The notes beneath the pieces were generated by a model. The model saw only the letters and a list, made by a program, of their open reading frames with translations. It searched no databases and was not told where the DNA came from. A stretch of DNA of 64,000 nucleotides from Acidimicrobiales bacterium (GTDB lineage Bacteria > Actinomycetota > Acidimicrobiia > Acidimicrobiales > JBBSGY01), in the NCBI GenBank assembly GCA_044220495.1, contig JBGAQY010000001.1, forward strand, positions 126,515 to 190,514. Reading direction: 5' to 3'. This document shows positions 38,234 through 50,672 of this stretch, piece by piece. The position numbers and the translations under genes are program-made. The number at the start of each line of letters is the position of its first letter. Position 1 is the stretch's first letter.

Positions 38234-39229
38234 ATGAACAAGATCCGCCAAGCCCCGGAGCGAAACCTTGCCCTCGAACTCGTTCGAGTAACTGAAGCAG
38301 CAGCCCTTGCCGCTGCTCGTTGGCAAGGACGAGGCGACACCGAAGGTGCCAATGACGCAGCCGTCAACGCAATGACGTCGGTGCTCAAAACACTGCAGAT
38401 GGACGCCATGGTTGTCATCGGTGAAGGTCGTCGTGAGCACGCCGATCAGCTCTACAACGGCCAGCGCGTCGGCACAGGCGAAGCGCCAGCAACTGACATC
38501 GCGGTTGACGCTGTCGAAGGCACAACACTTGTTGCTCAAGGTCGATCCGACGCCATCTCGGTGATTGCGATGGCCGAGCGGGGATCAATGTTCGACCCGG
38601 GCCCGAGCAACTACATGGAAAAAATCGTTGTCGGCCCCGAAGCAGTGGGCGTGATCGACATCGACCGTCCAGCCGCTGACAACGTGAAGGCCGTGGCCCA
38701 AGCAAAGAACGAGAACGTTCGTGACATCACAGTTGTCATCCTCGATCGCCCCCGTCATCACGACTTAATTGCCGACGTTCGTCAGTCGGGCGCGCGCATC
38801 CGTTTGATTCAAGACGGTGACGTTGCCGGCGCGCTTTCGGCCATTTGGCCAGGGTCGGGCGTCGACATTCTCTACGGCATTGGCGGCACGGCCGAGGGTG
38901 TCATTACTGCGGCGGCGATCAAGTGCGCGGGCGGAGAATTGCAGGGGCGTCTGTGGGCCCGCAACAAAGAAGACCGTCAGGCTGCGCAAAACGCGGGATA
39001 CGACCTCGACATGATCTGGTCAACCGACGACTTAGTCAAGAGCAGCAACTGCTTCGTGTCAGCAACGGGAATCACCGAAGGACACTTCTTGAAAGGCGTG
39101 AAATACGACCCCGACTTTGCAACCACAGAGTCGCTTGTCATGCGCTCGAAGTCAGGAACTGTGCGTCGCATCGTTGCTCAGCACCGACTCAACAAGCTCG
39201 CTCAATACAGCGAAGTTGATTACGAGTAA
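38234..39229 (+). CDS. glpX: Class II fructose-1,6-bisphosphatase
   Basis: RNLALELVRVTEAAALAA, VVIGEG, YMEK, ILDRPRH, DGDVAG and SATGITEG motifs. Confidence 0.96.
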   Translation: MNKIRQAPERNLALELVRVTEAAALAAARWQGRGDTEGANDAAVNAMTSVLKTLQMDAMVVIGEGRREHADQLYNGQRVGTGEAPATDIAVDAVEGTTLVAQGRSDAISVIAMAERGSMFDPGPSNYMEKIVVGPEAVGVIDIDRPAADNVKAVAQAKNENVRDITVVILDRPRHHDLIADVRQSGARIRLIQDGDVAGALSAIWPGSGVDILYGIGGTAEGVITAAAIKCAGGELQGRLWARNKEDRQAAQNAGYDLDMIWSTDDLVKSSNCFVSATGITEGHFLKGVKYDPDFATTESLVMRSKSGTVRRIVAQHRLNKLAQYSEVDYE

Positions 39230-39233
39230 ACCC

Positions 39234-39401
39234 TCAGTGCGAAAACGGATTTGGCTTGCCCGGTCGAGGCGTCTTTAGCGACTCTGACACGACATGAACT
39301 GGCTTGACTGCCAGTCGACGAGCCCGCAATAGAAGTCCGGTAAGAGTGCCGACCACGGCTGCGGTAGCGGCCATGATCGAGTTGAGCGCCGCAGAAACCA
39401 T
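39234..39401 (-). CDS. 55-aa small single-TM protein (MVSAALNSIMAATAAVVGTLTGLLLRARRLAVKPVHVVSESLKTPRPGKPNPFSH)
   Basis: Below the ORF-track cutoff. TAAACT-N6-ATG leaderless signal, hydrophobic helix then RARR, stop 4 bp from the glpX stop. Confidence 0.6.
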   Translation of the reverse strand: MVSAALNSIMAATAAVVGTLTGLLLRARRLAVKPVHVVSESLKTPRPGKPNPFSH

Positions 39402-39509
39402 GCTGCAAGTTTACGACCGGAGCATCATAATTCCCAACGATTTCTGCGAATGTCGGAGACTTCTTCGCAAATCCACATGCATTTTCGGGATGCGCAACGG
39501 ACCATCGGG

Positions 39510-40394
39510 TCAAAGCGGACGCACACCGCCGACAAAGCCCAACTTTTCAAAGAAAGGCAATGCGCTTTCGTCGTCGCATTCGAGGGCAATGAGCCCGCCG
39601 ACGCGAGAGGCTCCCTCTGAGAAAAGCGCTCGCATTAGGTGACTGGCTACCCCAATTCTTCGGTGGCGTTCATCGACGACAACGTGCGAGACGTTCACGT
39701 CTTGCCCGCTGATGCGTGCCACCACCACGCCGATGACCTCGCCCGCATGCCGAGCAGTTATCACGAGATCGCTTGCTACCACTGGCGACAAGTTAAGGGC
39801 TTGAGCAACTTCGGGGTCGACGAGTTGCGTGACCGACAACTCGAGCATCAATCCGCCGCGGCCAATAGCAGTGGAAGGGCGGAACGCTGCGTCGGCGATC
39901 GACACCCATTTGCGTTGATCGACCTCTTGCAGCAGGTGCACGCGCTCAAAACGAACAGTCACTGCATAATCGGCAAGCGCACTCACTGCGTGGGCAATGC
40001 GCTCGTCGTCAGCATCGTCGGCGAGGGTGACGTGAGGCACGAACGGATACGTGAGTTCGCGCTCGAAAGGCGGCTTGAAGATCGCGTTGCGTAACGACGC
40101 CACCTGGCCGACCCCTGCCCCACTGACGCCCAACATGACGGTCGGTGTCACGGGCGCAAAGGAAGTGACCGGGCCGAGGGCAACGTCAAAGGGCGCGCTT
40201 ACCGCAGCTGCTGTTCGTAAAACAGAAAGTGCCGCTGGCAACTCGTCTTCGCGCACGTTGACCGGAGGCACCAAAGTGAGGTGCGGCACGATGCGATTGA
40301 GGCCGCCGTCGTTGAGGCCCCGACGAAGCCCGTTGATTTCCGCAGCAAACGGTTCAGGAATGAGCAGAGCAACGCCAAGTCGCCGCTTTGCCAA
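39510..40394 (-). CDS. 2H phosphoesterase (2'-5' RNA ligase-like) fused to a GNAT domain
   Basis: PHLTL and PHVTL 2H motifs, then VVVDERHRRIGVASHLM and PFFEKLGF GNAT motifs. Confidence 0.87.
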   Translation of the reverse strand: MAKRRLGVALLIPEPFAAEINGLRRGLNDGGLNRIVPHLTLVPPVNVREDELPAALSVLRTAAAVSAPFDVALGPVTSFAPVTPTVMLGVSGAGVGQVASLRNAIFKPPFERELTYPFVPHVTLADDADDERIAHAVSALADYAVTVRFERVHLLQEVDQRKWVSIADAAFRPSTAIGRGGLMLELSVTQLVDPEVAQALNLSPVVASDLVITARHAGEVIGVVVARISGQDVNVSHVVVDERHRRIGVASHLMRALFSEGASRVGGLIALECDDESALPFFEKLGFVGGVRPL

Positions 40395-40412
40395 CTACCG
40401 ACTCGCGAACTC

Positions 40413-40790
40413 TTAAGGCCCGGCGGTCTCGCCGGGAATTTCGGGTTCGGCCTCGGCAGCAGGACCTGCGGTAATGCCCGATCTCGGCGTAATCGACTCA
40501 GGGTCGTCGGTTACGAACTCAGCCAACACGTCGACGCGTGTGACATCACCCGCACGACCAACGCTCAAGAAGCCGCCCTCGACACCCCATGACTTGTCGC
40601 CACCTGGTGTCTCAACGCGCAGCGGACCCGCACCAAGCACAGCAAGAACCGGCTCGTGGCCCGGCAACACACCGAGGTCACCTGATGCCGAGCGAGCCAA
40701 AACGTAGTGCGCATCGCCCGCCCACACTTCTTGTTCGGGCGTAACGATGTGCACATCGATTGTCTTGCGAACGGCAGGACCTTCAGCCAT
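40413..40790 (-). CDS. atpC: F1Fo ATP synthase epsilon subunit
   Basis: VHIVTPE, GDLGVLPGHEP and VEGGFLSV motifs. Follows atpD. Confidence 0.93.
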   Translation of the reverse strand: MAEGPAVRKTIDVHIVTPEQEVWAGDAHYVLARSASGDLGVLPGHEPVLAVLGAGPLRVETPGGDKSWGVEGGFLSVGRAGDVTRVDVLAEFVTDDPESITPRSGITAGPAAEAEPEIPGETAGP

Positions 40791-43116
<2,326 letters not shown>

Positions 43117-43119
43117 CGA

Positions 43120-44757
43120 TTACCTAGCGTGCTTTGGTTGAGGTGGACGCTGACGCTGAATGGTTTCTTGCTCAGGGTCGACATCGCCAGTTGCGGTGTT
43201 GTCGTCGATGACATGCGACTCGGTTGCCGCACGGAAGGTGCGAGCAAACGCTTCGACAGCCGCCTTGAGCTTGGCCTCAGTTTCATCTGAAAGAGCACCT
43301 GTCTTGCGGATGTCTTCAGGGATGTCGGCGTTGTTGAGGTGCAGGTCTTCGAGCAGTTCTGCTTCAAACTTCTTGACGTCTTCAACGGGAATCTTGTCGA
43401 GATAACCCTTGCTACCAACCCAGATCGAGATGACCTGGTTTTGAACGGGCATCGGTTGGTAGGTGCCTTGCTTCAAAAGCTCAACCATGCGCGCACCACG
43501 GTCGAGTTGCTGACGTGATGCCTTGTCGAGGTCTGATGCAAACAACGCAAACGCTTCGAGATCGCGGTATTGAGCGAGGTCGACACGAAGTGAACCAGCA
43601 ACCTTTTTCATTGCCTTTACTTGGGCCGAACCACCGACACGAGAAACCGAAATACCAACGTTGATAGCGGGCCGAACACCTGAGTTGAACAAGTCGGTCT
43701 CGACGTAGATCTGACCATCGGTAATCGAAATGACGTTGGTCGGGATGTATGCCGAAACGTCGCCACCCTTGGTCTCGATGATCGGAAGACCGGTAAGCGA
43801 GCCTCCGCCCATTTCATCGCTGAGCTTGGCGCAACGTTCGAGCAAACGACTGTGCAAGTAGAAGACATCGCCGGGGTACGCCTCACGACCAGCAGGACGA
43901 CGAAGCAACAGCGAGATCTCGCGGTAGGCGTCGGCTTGCTTCGACAAGTCATCGAAGATGATCAGTGCGTGCTCGCCGTTGTACATCCAGTGCTGTCCGA
44001 TGGCCGAACCAGCGTAGGGAGCGATGTATTTGAACGACGAAGGGTATGACGCAGGAGCAGTAACGACTGTCGTGTATTCCATACAGCCGCGCTCTTCGAG
44101 TGCGTTGACAACCTCGACAACAGTCGATTGTTTCTGACCGATGGCAACGTAGATGCACTTGACTTGCTTGTCGGTGCCCCAGAGTTCTTTCTGAGCCACG
44201 ATCGTGTCGAGCGCTATCTGGGTCTTACCGGTCTGGCGGTCACCAATGATGAGCTGACGCTGACCACGACCGATGTTGGTCATTGCGTCGATCGCCTTGA
44301 TACCGGTCTGCAGAGGCTCGGTAACGCTTTGACGTTGAACCACTGAAGGAGCCTGTAGTTCGAGTGCACGCGTGCCGCTTGCCTCGATGGCGCCCTTGCC
44401 ATCGACTGGATTACCAAGCGGGTCAACAACGCGACCTAGGTAACCGTCGCCGACCGGAATCGACAAGACGCGGCCGGTGTGACGAACTTCGGCGCCTTCT
44501 TCGATCTTGCTGGCGTCGCCGAGAATAACGACACCGATCTCGCGCTCGTCGAGGTTGAGAGCAATGCCAAGCACACCACCGGGGAACTCGAGCAGCTCGT
44601 TTGTCATTGCCGAAGGCATGCCTTCGACGCGAGCAATACCGTCACCGGTCTCGACAACACGACCGACTTCTTCGCGAGTGACAGTTGGATTGAAAGATTC
44701 GACATGACGGCGAAGCGCGCCGGCAATGTCTTCAGGTGTGATCGAAAGATCGGTCAC
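43120..44757 (-). CDS. atpA: ATP synthase alpha subunit
   Basis: [32 protein letters not shown] and SVSRVG motifs. Start set at GTG 44757. Confidence 0.98.
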   Translation of the reverse strand: MTDLSITPEDIAGALRRHVESFNPTVTREEVGRVVETGDGIARVEGMPSAMTNELLEFPGGVLGIALNLDEREIGVVILGDASKIEEGAEVRHTGRVLSIPVGDGYLGRVVDPLGNPVDGKGAIEASGTRALELQAPSVVQRQSVTEPLQTGIKAIDAMTNIGRGQRQLIIGDRQTGKTQIALDTIVAQKELWGTDKQVKCIYVAIGQKQSTVVEVVNALEERGCMEYTTVVTAPASYPSSFKYIAPYAGSAIGQHWMYNGEHALIIFDDLSKQADAYREISLLLRRPAGREAYPGDVFYLHSRLLERCAKLSDEMGGGSLTGLPIIETKGGDVSAYIPTNVISITDGQIYVETDLFNSGVRPAINVGISVSRVGGSAQVKAMKKVAGSLRVDLAQYRDLEAFALFASDLDKASRQQLDRGARMVELLKQGTYQPMPVQNQVISIWVGSKGYLDKIPVEDVKKFEAELLEDLHLNNADIPEDIRKTGALSDETEAKLKAAVEAFARTFRAATESHVIDDNTATGDVDPEQETIQRQRPPQPKHAR

Positions 44758-44806
44758 TGGGAACTCCCATTCAGGTAGGTGCGATTCAAGAAAATTGAGA
44801 CTGACG

Positions 44807-45631
44807 TCATGAGGCAAGCAGCGCTTCACGCGCTTGGTTAAGACGATGACGGACACTGCCGTCGAGCACTTCGTCGCCGATGCGAACTACGACCGAACCA
44901 AGCACCGACTCGCTCACCTCGAAGCGACCTTCGATCGACTTGCCGGTAGTGCGTTCGAGCGCTTCGACCAGGCGGGCTTTGCGCTCGTCGTCAAGCGCAA
45001 CGGCAGACGTGATGTAAGCCACGACCTTGTTGCGTCGTTGTGCCGCTTGCGCTGACAACCCCAGAGCAAGTTCATCGGCGTCGCGCCCGTGGCCGATCGC
45101 AACCATGCTGCGAATCAACTCGATTGCACGCTCATCGACACGCCCGTTGAGCAGATCGCTAACAAGTTCGAGCTTTGCGTTGTCACCGACACCAGGATTG
45201 GTAAGCGCGTCGCGAAGCGCAGGATTCTTGCCAATCGTTTCGGCAAATCCGTAGAGCGCACGTTCGAGCGCTTCGAGGCCATCGCCCCGCTCGGCATCGG
45301 TAAATGCCGCAGCGGCCGTAACCGAAAGCAGGCTGGTTGCCAACGGACGGCGGCTGGCCTGACGGTCTGACAAAACACTCACGATCACGTTGACGGTTGC
45401 GTAGTGCAAGCTGCCCGATGTGAGGTCGGTGACCAACTGACGACGAACGTCGATCGGAATGTCGGTGTGCAACAAGGCCATCGACAATCGGTGTGAACGA
45501 GCCGCGAGTCGCGTGAAGCCGGAAAGCTCTTTAAATACGCGATCGAGCGCGCCATCGGCTGCTGCTTGATCGAGTTGGCTTTGTACGGCCACAGCTAACT
45601 GCGGGCTCAGCGACGCGTCGGCAACTGTCAT
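44807..45631 (-). CDS. atpH: ATP synthase delta subunit, long actinobacterial form
   Basis: C-terminal ITSAVAL...[18 protein letters not shown]. 274 aa with a duplicated N-terminal domain. Confidence 0.92.
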   Translation of the reverse strand: MTVADASLSPQLAVAVQSQLDQAAADGALDRVFKELSGFTRLAARSHRLSMALLHTDIPIDVRRQLVTDLTSGSLHYATVNVIVSVLSDRQASRRPLATSLLSVTAAAAFTDAERGDGLEALERALYGFAETIGKNPALRDALTNPGVGDNAKLELVSDLLNGRVDERAIELIRSMVAIGHGRDADELALGLSAQAAQRRNKVVAYITSAVALDDERKARLVEALERTTGKSIEGRFEVSESVLGSVVVRIGDEVLDGSVRHRLNQAREALLAS

Positions 45632-45633
45632 GT

Positions 45634-46191
45634 TCAGTGCGCTCCCGACGGTTGGCTCGACTGCAGCTCGTTGATGTACTGATCGACCAAACGCAACTGA
45701 CGGTCGTAGTCAAGTGAGTCAGAAACAACGCGCGAAGCAAGGTCGACCGCCAATGAACCAACTTCGGCACGAAGGCCCGCCAGCGCGCGATCGCGCTCAG
45801 CACGGATGGTCTCTTGAGCGCGCTCAACAATGCGCTGCGCTTGCTGCTCGGCCTGTTGACGCAACTCAGCCTCGAGACGTTGCGCGTTTGTCCGCGCGTG
45901 CTCGATGATGCGTTGCGACTCAGCCGTTGCTTCGTCGAGCTTTTGCTCGTATTGACGAAGCAACTCTTGGGCCTTGAGGCGATCTTGCTCGGCCTTGTCG
46001 AGTTTGCCCTCGATGTTCTTCGAGCGTTCAGCCAGCGAGGCGTTGACGCGCGGGAACACCAACTTGGACATGATCGCCAAGAAGACGAGAAACGAGATCG
46101 TTCCCCAAACCAGCTCGTTCTGTTCGGGAATGAGCGGGTTGCTGTGTTCGGTGCCGGTGGCGGCAAGAACCGCCGAAAGCGTAAGGGACAC
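45634..46191 (-). CDS. atpF: ATP synthase b subunit
   Basis: NPLIP..NELVWGTISF TM helix plus a long coiled coil. Confidence 0.95.
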   Translation of the reverse strand: MSLTLSAVLAATGTEHSNPLIPEQNELVWGTISFLVFLAIMSKLVFPRVNASLAERSKNIEGKLDKAEQDRLKAQELLRQYEQKLDEATAESQRIIEHARTNAQRLEAELRQQAEQQAQRIVERAQETIRAERDRALAGLRAEVGSLAVDLASRVVSDSLDYDRQLRLVDQYINELQSSQPSGAH

Positions 46192-46197
46192 AAGTTC

Positions 46198-46482
<285 letters not shown>

Positions 46483-47280
46483 CTAGTGAGCGGGCTTCAT
46501 TGCGCCGGCGATGTAGACGGCAGTGAGGATTGTGAAGATGAAGGCCTGAAGGCCTGAAACAAACATTTCGAACCCGACAAAGCCGACTGAGACAATGCCG
46601 GTCATTGCGCCAAGCGCTTTGGCAGGACCGTCGGTTTCGAGCAGATACGCAGTGCCGATGAAGAAAACAGCGAGCAGCAAGTGACCCGCAATCATGTTGG
46701 CCGTGAGTCGGATGGTGAGGGTCAGCGGACGCAAGATGAAAGTCGACAGAATCTCGACGGGCACCAGCAACACGAGAACCGGCTTTGGAACACCGGGAGG
46801 AACAACGGCGTCTTTGAAGTATCTGAACCCGTTGTTCTTGACACCGGCGTAAACAAACAGCACCCACGTCAAGATCGCAAGCACGAGCGGCAGAGCGAGG
46901 CGTGAAGTGGCTGGAAAGCTGATGCCCGGGATGATCTCGAACAGATTGCAGAAGAGGACGAAGAAGAACAGCGTCGTGAGGTAGGGCAGGTAAGGCAAGC
47001 CAGCCGGGCCCATCGTCGGCAAAACGATGTTGTTGCGGATGAAGTCGACACCAACTTCCATCACGTTTTGCACGCCGGTCGGAACCAGCTTGGGCCGAGC
47101 AAAGGCAACCGTGAAGAGCAGAGTGGCGATCGCGACTGCGAAGAACATGATGACGACGGTGCGGTTGATCGAAGCGTCGATACCAAGAACGTGGAGCTCG
47201 ACGATGGGGCGGCCGTAGAAGCTCTCGGCTCCGGGCACCTCGAACCCCTCGCGGGCAGCCAGGGTGGTTGGCAGAGTCAT
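46483..47280 (-). CDS. atpB: ATP synthase a subunit
   Basis: PTGVQN and RPLTLTIRLTANMIAGH...LQAFIFTILTAVYI motifs. Confidence 0.97.
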   Translation of the reverse strand: MTLPTTLAAREGFEVPGAESFYGRPIVELHVLGIDASINRTVVIMFFAVAIATLLFTVAFARPKLVPTGVQNVMEVGVDFIRNNIVLPTMGPAGLPYLPYLTTLFFFVLFCNLFEIIPGISFPATSRLALPLVLAILTWVLFVYAGVKNNGFRYFKDAVVPPGVPKPVLVLLVPVEILSTFILRPLTLTIRLTANMIAGHLLLAVFFIGTAYLLETDGPAKALGAMTGIVSVGFVGFEMFVSGLQAFIFTILTAVYIAGAMKPAH

Positions 47281-47482
47281 TTAATCTTTCCGTCAGTCTT
47301 CAATCGGGTCGTCTCATCACTGCGCAACGGTAAATATGCTGCAGTGGGTTTACCGCAAGGCTGGGCCTCTAAATGGCAGCCGTACCCTACCACGCAGGCT
47401 TGCCTACCCAATCCCGATTCGCGCTGCCTGCAGCCCCTATGAGAGCCCTTGTTGAAGCCCTTATCGACGGCTCAAGATCGGC

Positions 47483-47932
47483 TCAAATGAGCTTGTCTGA
47501 ATCGTCCTCTGAGTCGTTATCGACCCACTCTTTGTAGTGAGGCTCGGGGCGATTCGCGCGTAATGCGGCTTCGCCTTTCACGACCAAGATCGTCTGCAGC
47601 GCAAGGTACGTCACGGCCGCAACAACCATCGCTATCGCCATCGAGATTCGGTCTGCGTTGTTTGCCGGCAGCAGCAAAAGGGCCGCAAGAATCACGCTTG
47701 TTTTGGCGACATAACTCGTCATCACAGCGCCCCTCAAGTTGGGTTTCTCGCGGTAAATCAGAGTGACGATGCCGGTGATCGCCAAGAACGCCGTCGCAAG
47801 CGTTGCACCGACGAACACTTCACCAATATGAATCGTTGACCACATCGACTGCCCTGCGATGACAAGTGCCGGCGCTAGTAGAAGTCCACCAACGATGGCA
47901 ACGATGACAGCGCGTCGAATCACCGCGTTCAT
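47483..47932 (-). CDS. Four-TM membrane protein, AtpI-like
   Basis: Four hydrophobic helices and SYVAKT, located between wecA and atpB. Start could be GTG 47968. Confidence 0.6.
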   Translation of the reverse strand: MNAVIRRAVIVAIVGGLLLAPALVIAGQSMWSTIHIGEVFVGATLATAFLAITGIVTLIYREKPNLRGAVMTSYVAKTSVILAALLLLPANNADRISMAIAMVVAAVTYLALQTILVVKGEAALRANRPEPHYKEWVDNDSEDDSDKLI

Positions 47933-47969
47933 TTCGGGATCGCGGCGGATCTGCTGATGCGACTGCACC

Positions 47970-49145
47970 TCAGCCACTGACTTGAGAATTCGCGCGCTTG
48001 TCGAGGTCTTCATCTTCGACCTTCTCGAGCAAGCTGACCGAACCAACGCGCACTGCGGAGTCTCGCCGAATTTGCGGATGGAACATCGTGTACAGACCAA
48101 CTGCCAACGCCAAGACAAGGAACGGGATGATCGCGTTGCCGGTGTTTGTGTAAGTCGGCAACAACACAACGCCCGACAGAATGGCCGTCCATGCCCACAA
48201 GATCAACACCGAACGGCGCTGACCATGACCAAGGCGCATGAGTCGATGATGCAAATGCGCTTTGTCAGCTGTTGCCAAACCTTGACGCGAGCGAGCGCGC
48301 CTCAATAACGCAAATGCCGTGTCGAGCACCGGCACCCCGAGAATCACAAACGGGATGAGTGCCGGCGCAAAGAAGAAGAAGGTTTGCCCGGAAAACGGAT
48401 CATCACTACGTCCACTGACAACCAACGTCGACGATGCCAGCAACAAGCCCAAAAGCATTGCGCCACAGTCGCCCATGAAGATGCGCGCCGGATGGAAGTT
48501 GTGCGGCAAAAAGCCAATACACATGCCGCAAACGATGATCGAAATCAGCGGACCTACATTGTCGGGGTCGAGCACGCCACCTTTGAACAGTCGATCGCTG
48601 TACAAGAAAAACGCGAATGCAGCTATCGCGACAAGGCCCGCAGCAAGACCGTCGAGGCCGTCAATCAAGTTGATGGCGTTGGCGATCACGATCACCCACA
48701 AGACAGTCACGAGCGGCGCAAGGTCGGGTGAAATAACGATCGTTCCTGCAAAGGGAATGCGGAAGTAGAACATCGTGACGCCCAGATGTACGAGCGCGCT
48801 TGCGGCCAAGACTTGTCCGGCTACTTTGGCGGGCGCCGAGAGACCGCGTCGATCGTCAATGACGTGAACAGCAAAAATGATTGCGCCCGCGAGCGCGATA
48901 CCCACCGCTTCGGTTGAACCTTCAAGCACGGTGTTGAACTGCGGGATCAAATACGCAACGCCAAGAGCAGCGAGAAAACCACAAAACATCGCAGCGCCAC
49001 CCATTGTCGGTGTCGGCTGCGCGTGCACTCGGCGCTCATCAGGAACCACGATTGCACCGGTGCGGATAGCGAGGCGTCTTACGGGAAACGTCAGTAGATA
49101 AGTCGTCGCTATCGCGACAGCAAAAACGATTGCATAGCCGACCAC
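47970..49145 (-). CDS. wecA: WecA/TagO (MraY-family) polyprenyl-phosphate GlcNAc-1-P transferase
   Basis: RRVH..PTPTMGG, IDD, NAINLIDGLDGLA, HNFHPARIFMGD and ADKAHLHHRL motifs. Confidence 0.92.
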   Translation of the reverse strand: MVGYAIVFAVAIATTYLLTFPVRRLAIRTGAIVVPDERRVHAQPTPTMGGAAMFCGFLAALGVAYLIPQFNTVLEGSTEAVGIALAGAIIFAVHVIDDRRGLSAPAKVAGQVLAASALVHLGVTMFYFRIPFAGTIVISPDLAPLVTVLWVIVIANAINLIDGLDGLAAGLVAIAAFAFFLYSDRLFKGGVLDPDNVGPLISIIVCGMCIGFLPHNFHPARIFMGDCGAMLLGLLLASSTLVVSGRSDDPFSGQTFFFFAPALIPFVILGVPVLDTAFALLRRARSRQGLATADKAHLHHRLMRLGHGQRRSVLILWAWTAILSGVVLLPTYTNTGNAIIPFLVLALAVGLYTMFHPQIRRDSAVRVGSVSLLEKVEDEDLDKRANSQVSG

Positions 49146-49153
49146 GACCAGCC

Positions 49154-49783
49154 TCAGTCGATCAGCGCGCGAATGTCATCCCAAGAAACGTCGCCTTCGC
49201 GCAACAACTTGGGTTCAGAGCCAGTGACGTCGACGACAGTTGAAGAACGTCCGTCGCACGGCCCTCCGTCGAGAATCAACTCGAGACCCTCGGGGAACAT
49301 GTCGGCAACTTCTTGCGCAGTCACTCGAGGCGCTTCTTTGTGGAGATTGGCGCTCGTCGTCGCAAGCGGGCCGATCTCTTCACACAACAACCTCGGCACG
49401 ATGTGATTTGGACAACGAATGCCGACCGTCTCATCGTCGCTTCCTAAATCAGCCACGAAATCAGGATGCCTAGGCACAACAATTGTGAGTGCACCTGGCC
49501 AGAACTTCTCCATCAAGCGTTCGGCAATCGGCGGTAGGCCCACTGAAATCGAACGAGCCTGCTCGATATCAGCAACCAACACGGGCAACTCAAACGAACG
49601 CGAACGTTGCTTGATTGCAAACAGCCGATCAGCAGCGCCCGTGTAAGAAACGTCAGCAGCCAACCCGTAAACCGTGTCGGTTGGAATAGCCACGAGAAAG
49701 CCGCCGCTCAGTGCGTGAACGGCCTTTTCTATTGCCTCGCGAGGAGGTACATCGCCGAGTGCTGATTCGATGTGCACGCCCAT
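49154..49783 (-). CDS. tsaC: L-threonylcarbamoyladenylate synthase (Sua5/YrdC)
   Basis: PTDTVYGL, FWPGALT, TTSAN, SSTVVD and LLREG motifs. Confidence 0.94.
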   Translation of the reverse strand: MGVHIESALGDVPPREAIEKAVHALSGGFLVAIPTDTVYGLAADVSYTGAADRLFAIKQRSRSFELPVLVADIEQARSISVGLPPIAERLMEKFWPGALTIVVPRHPDFVADLGSDDETVGIRCPNHIVPRLLCEEIGPLATTSANLHKEAPRVTAQEVADMFPEGLELILDGGPCDGRSSTVVDVTGSEPKLLREGDVSWDDIRALID

Positions 49784-49823
49784 ACCGTAAGCGTTTCCAA
49801 GAGGGCCCACCAGCAATACCTGT

Positions 49824-50672
49824 TTATGGACGCTTCTTGGCCACTACCCAGCGCTGACGCTGCGAATAGTCGCGACCAATCGACACCTCGGCAAAGCCGT
49901 TTTGAGACAGCAGTTCCGAAACCTCAACGGCCTGCGTAGGCGCGAGCTCGATAACCAACGATCCTGCGGGCTTGAGCCACTCCGCCGCGTGCTCAGCGAT
50001 GATGCGGATGTCATCAAGACCGTCTTCGCCGGCAAAAAGAGCGCCATTTGGCTCCCAATCCTTTACCTCTGAGTCGATGCTGTCACGATCACGCTCGGCG
50101 ACGTAAGGCGGATTCGAAACAATGACGTCAAGCGCGCCGCGCAGTTCGTCGGGTAACGCTTCAAACCACGACCCCGGCAACAAAGTGACGCGACTCGCGA
50201 TCTCGTATGGCAACTCTGACCAATTGAGTTCGGCAACCGCGAGTGCGTCGGCCGACTCATCGGTTGCCCACACCTGCGCGTGTCTCACTTCTTTGGCGAT
50301 CGAAAACGCAATCGCACCCGAGCCAGTGCCAAGATCAGCAACGAGCGGGGCGGCCAACGGTTTCGCTATGTCGATCGCCGCGCCAGCAACCTGTTCGGTT
50401 TCAGGACGCGGAATCAAGACCCGCTTGTCGACGCGCACTTCAAGTTCACGAAATCCCCAACGACCAACGATGTATTGCAAAGGTTCGCCGGCAAGACGTC
50501 GTTGAGTCAGTCGCTCCATGCGTTCATGCGCACCGTCAGGTGCCGTACTCGTGAGAATCACGAGCCACGAGGCACCGCTTCGACCCGACGCGTACTCAAC
50601 AAGGCGTCGCGCTGCGTCACCGTCGCCAAGCCGGTCGGTGCAATCAGACCAGAGGTCGGTCCAACTTGCCAA
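49824..50672 (-). CDS. prmC: Release factor glutamine methyltransferase
   Basis: GEPLQYI, VLIPRPETE, DLGTGSGAIA and VSNPPY motifs. Confidence 0.96.
   Translation of the reverse strand: MASWTDLWSDCTDRLGDGDAARRLVEYASGRSGASWLVILTSTAPDGAHERMERLTQRRLAGEPLQYIVGRWGFRELEVRVDKRVLIPRPETEQVAGAAIDIAKPLAAPLVADLGTGSGAIAFSIAKEVRHAQVWATDESADALAVAELNWSELPYEIASRVTLLPGSWFEALPDELRGALDVIVSNPPYVAERDRDSIDSEVKDWEPNGALFAGEDGLDDIRIIAEHAAEWLKPAGSLVIELAPTQAVEVSELLSQNGFAEVSIGRDYSQRQRWVVAKKRP

Noticed and set aside
39220-39642. ORFs 39220-39513 (-) and 39304-39642 (+)
   Set aside because: Neither has motifs. The 55-aa ORF 39234-39401 explains the interval better (leaderless signal, TM helix).
44807-45631. Unusually long ATP synthase delta
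   Set aside because: A delta of about 270 aa with a duplicated N-domain is normal in actinobacteria.
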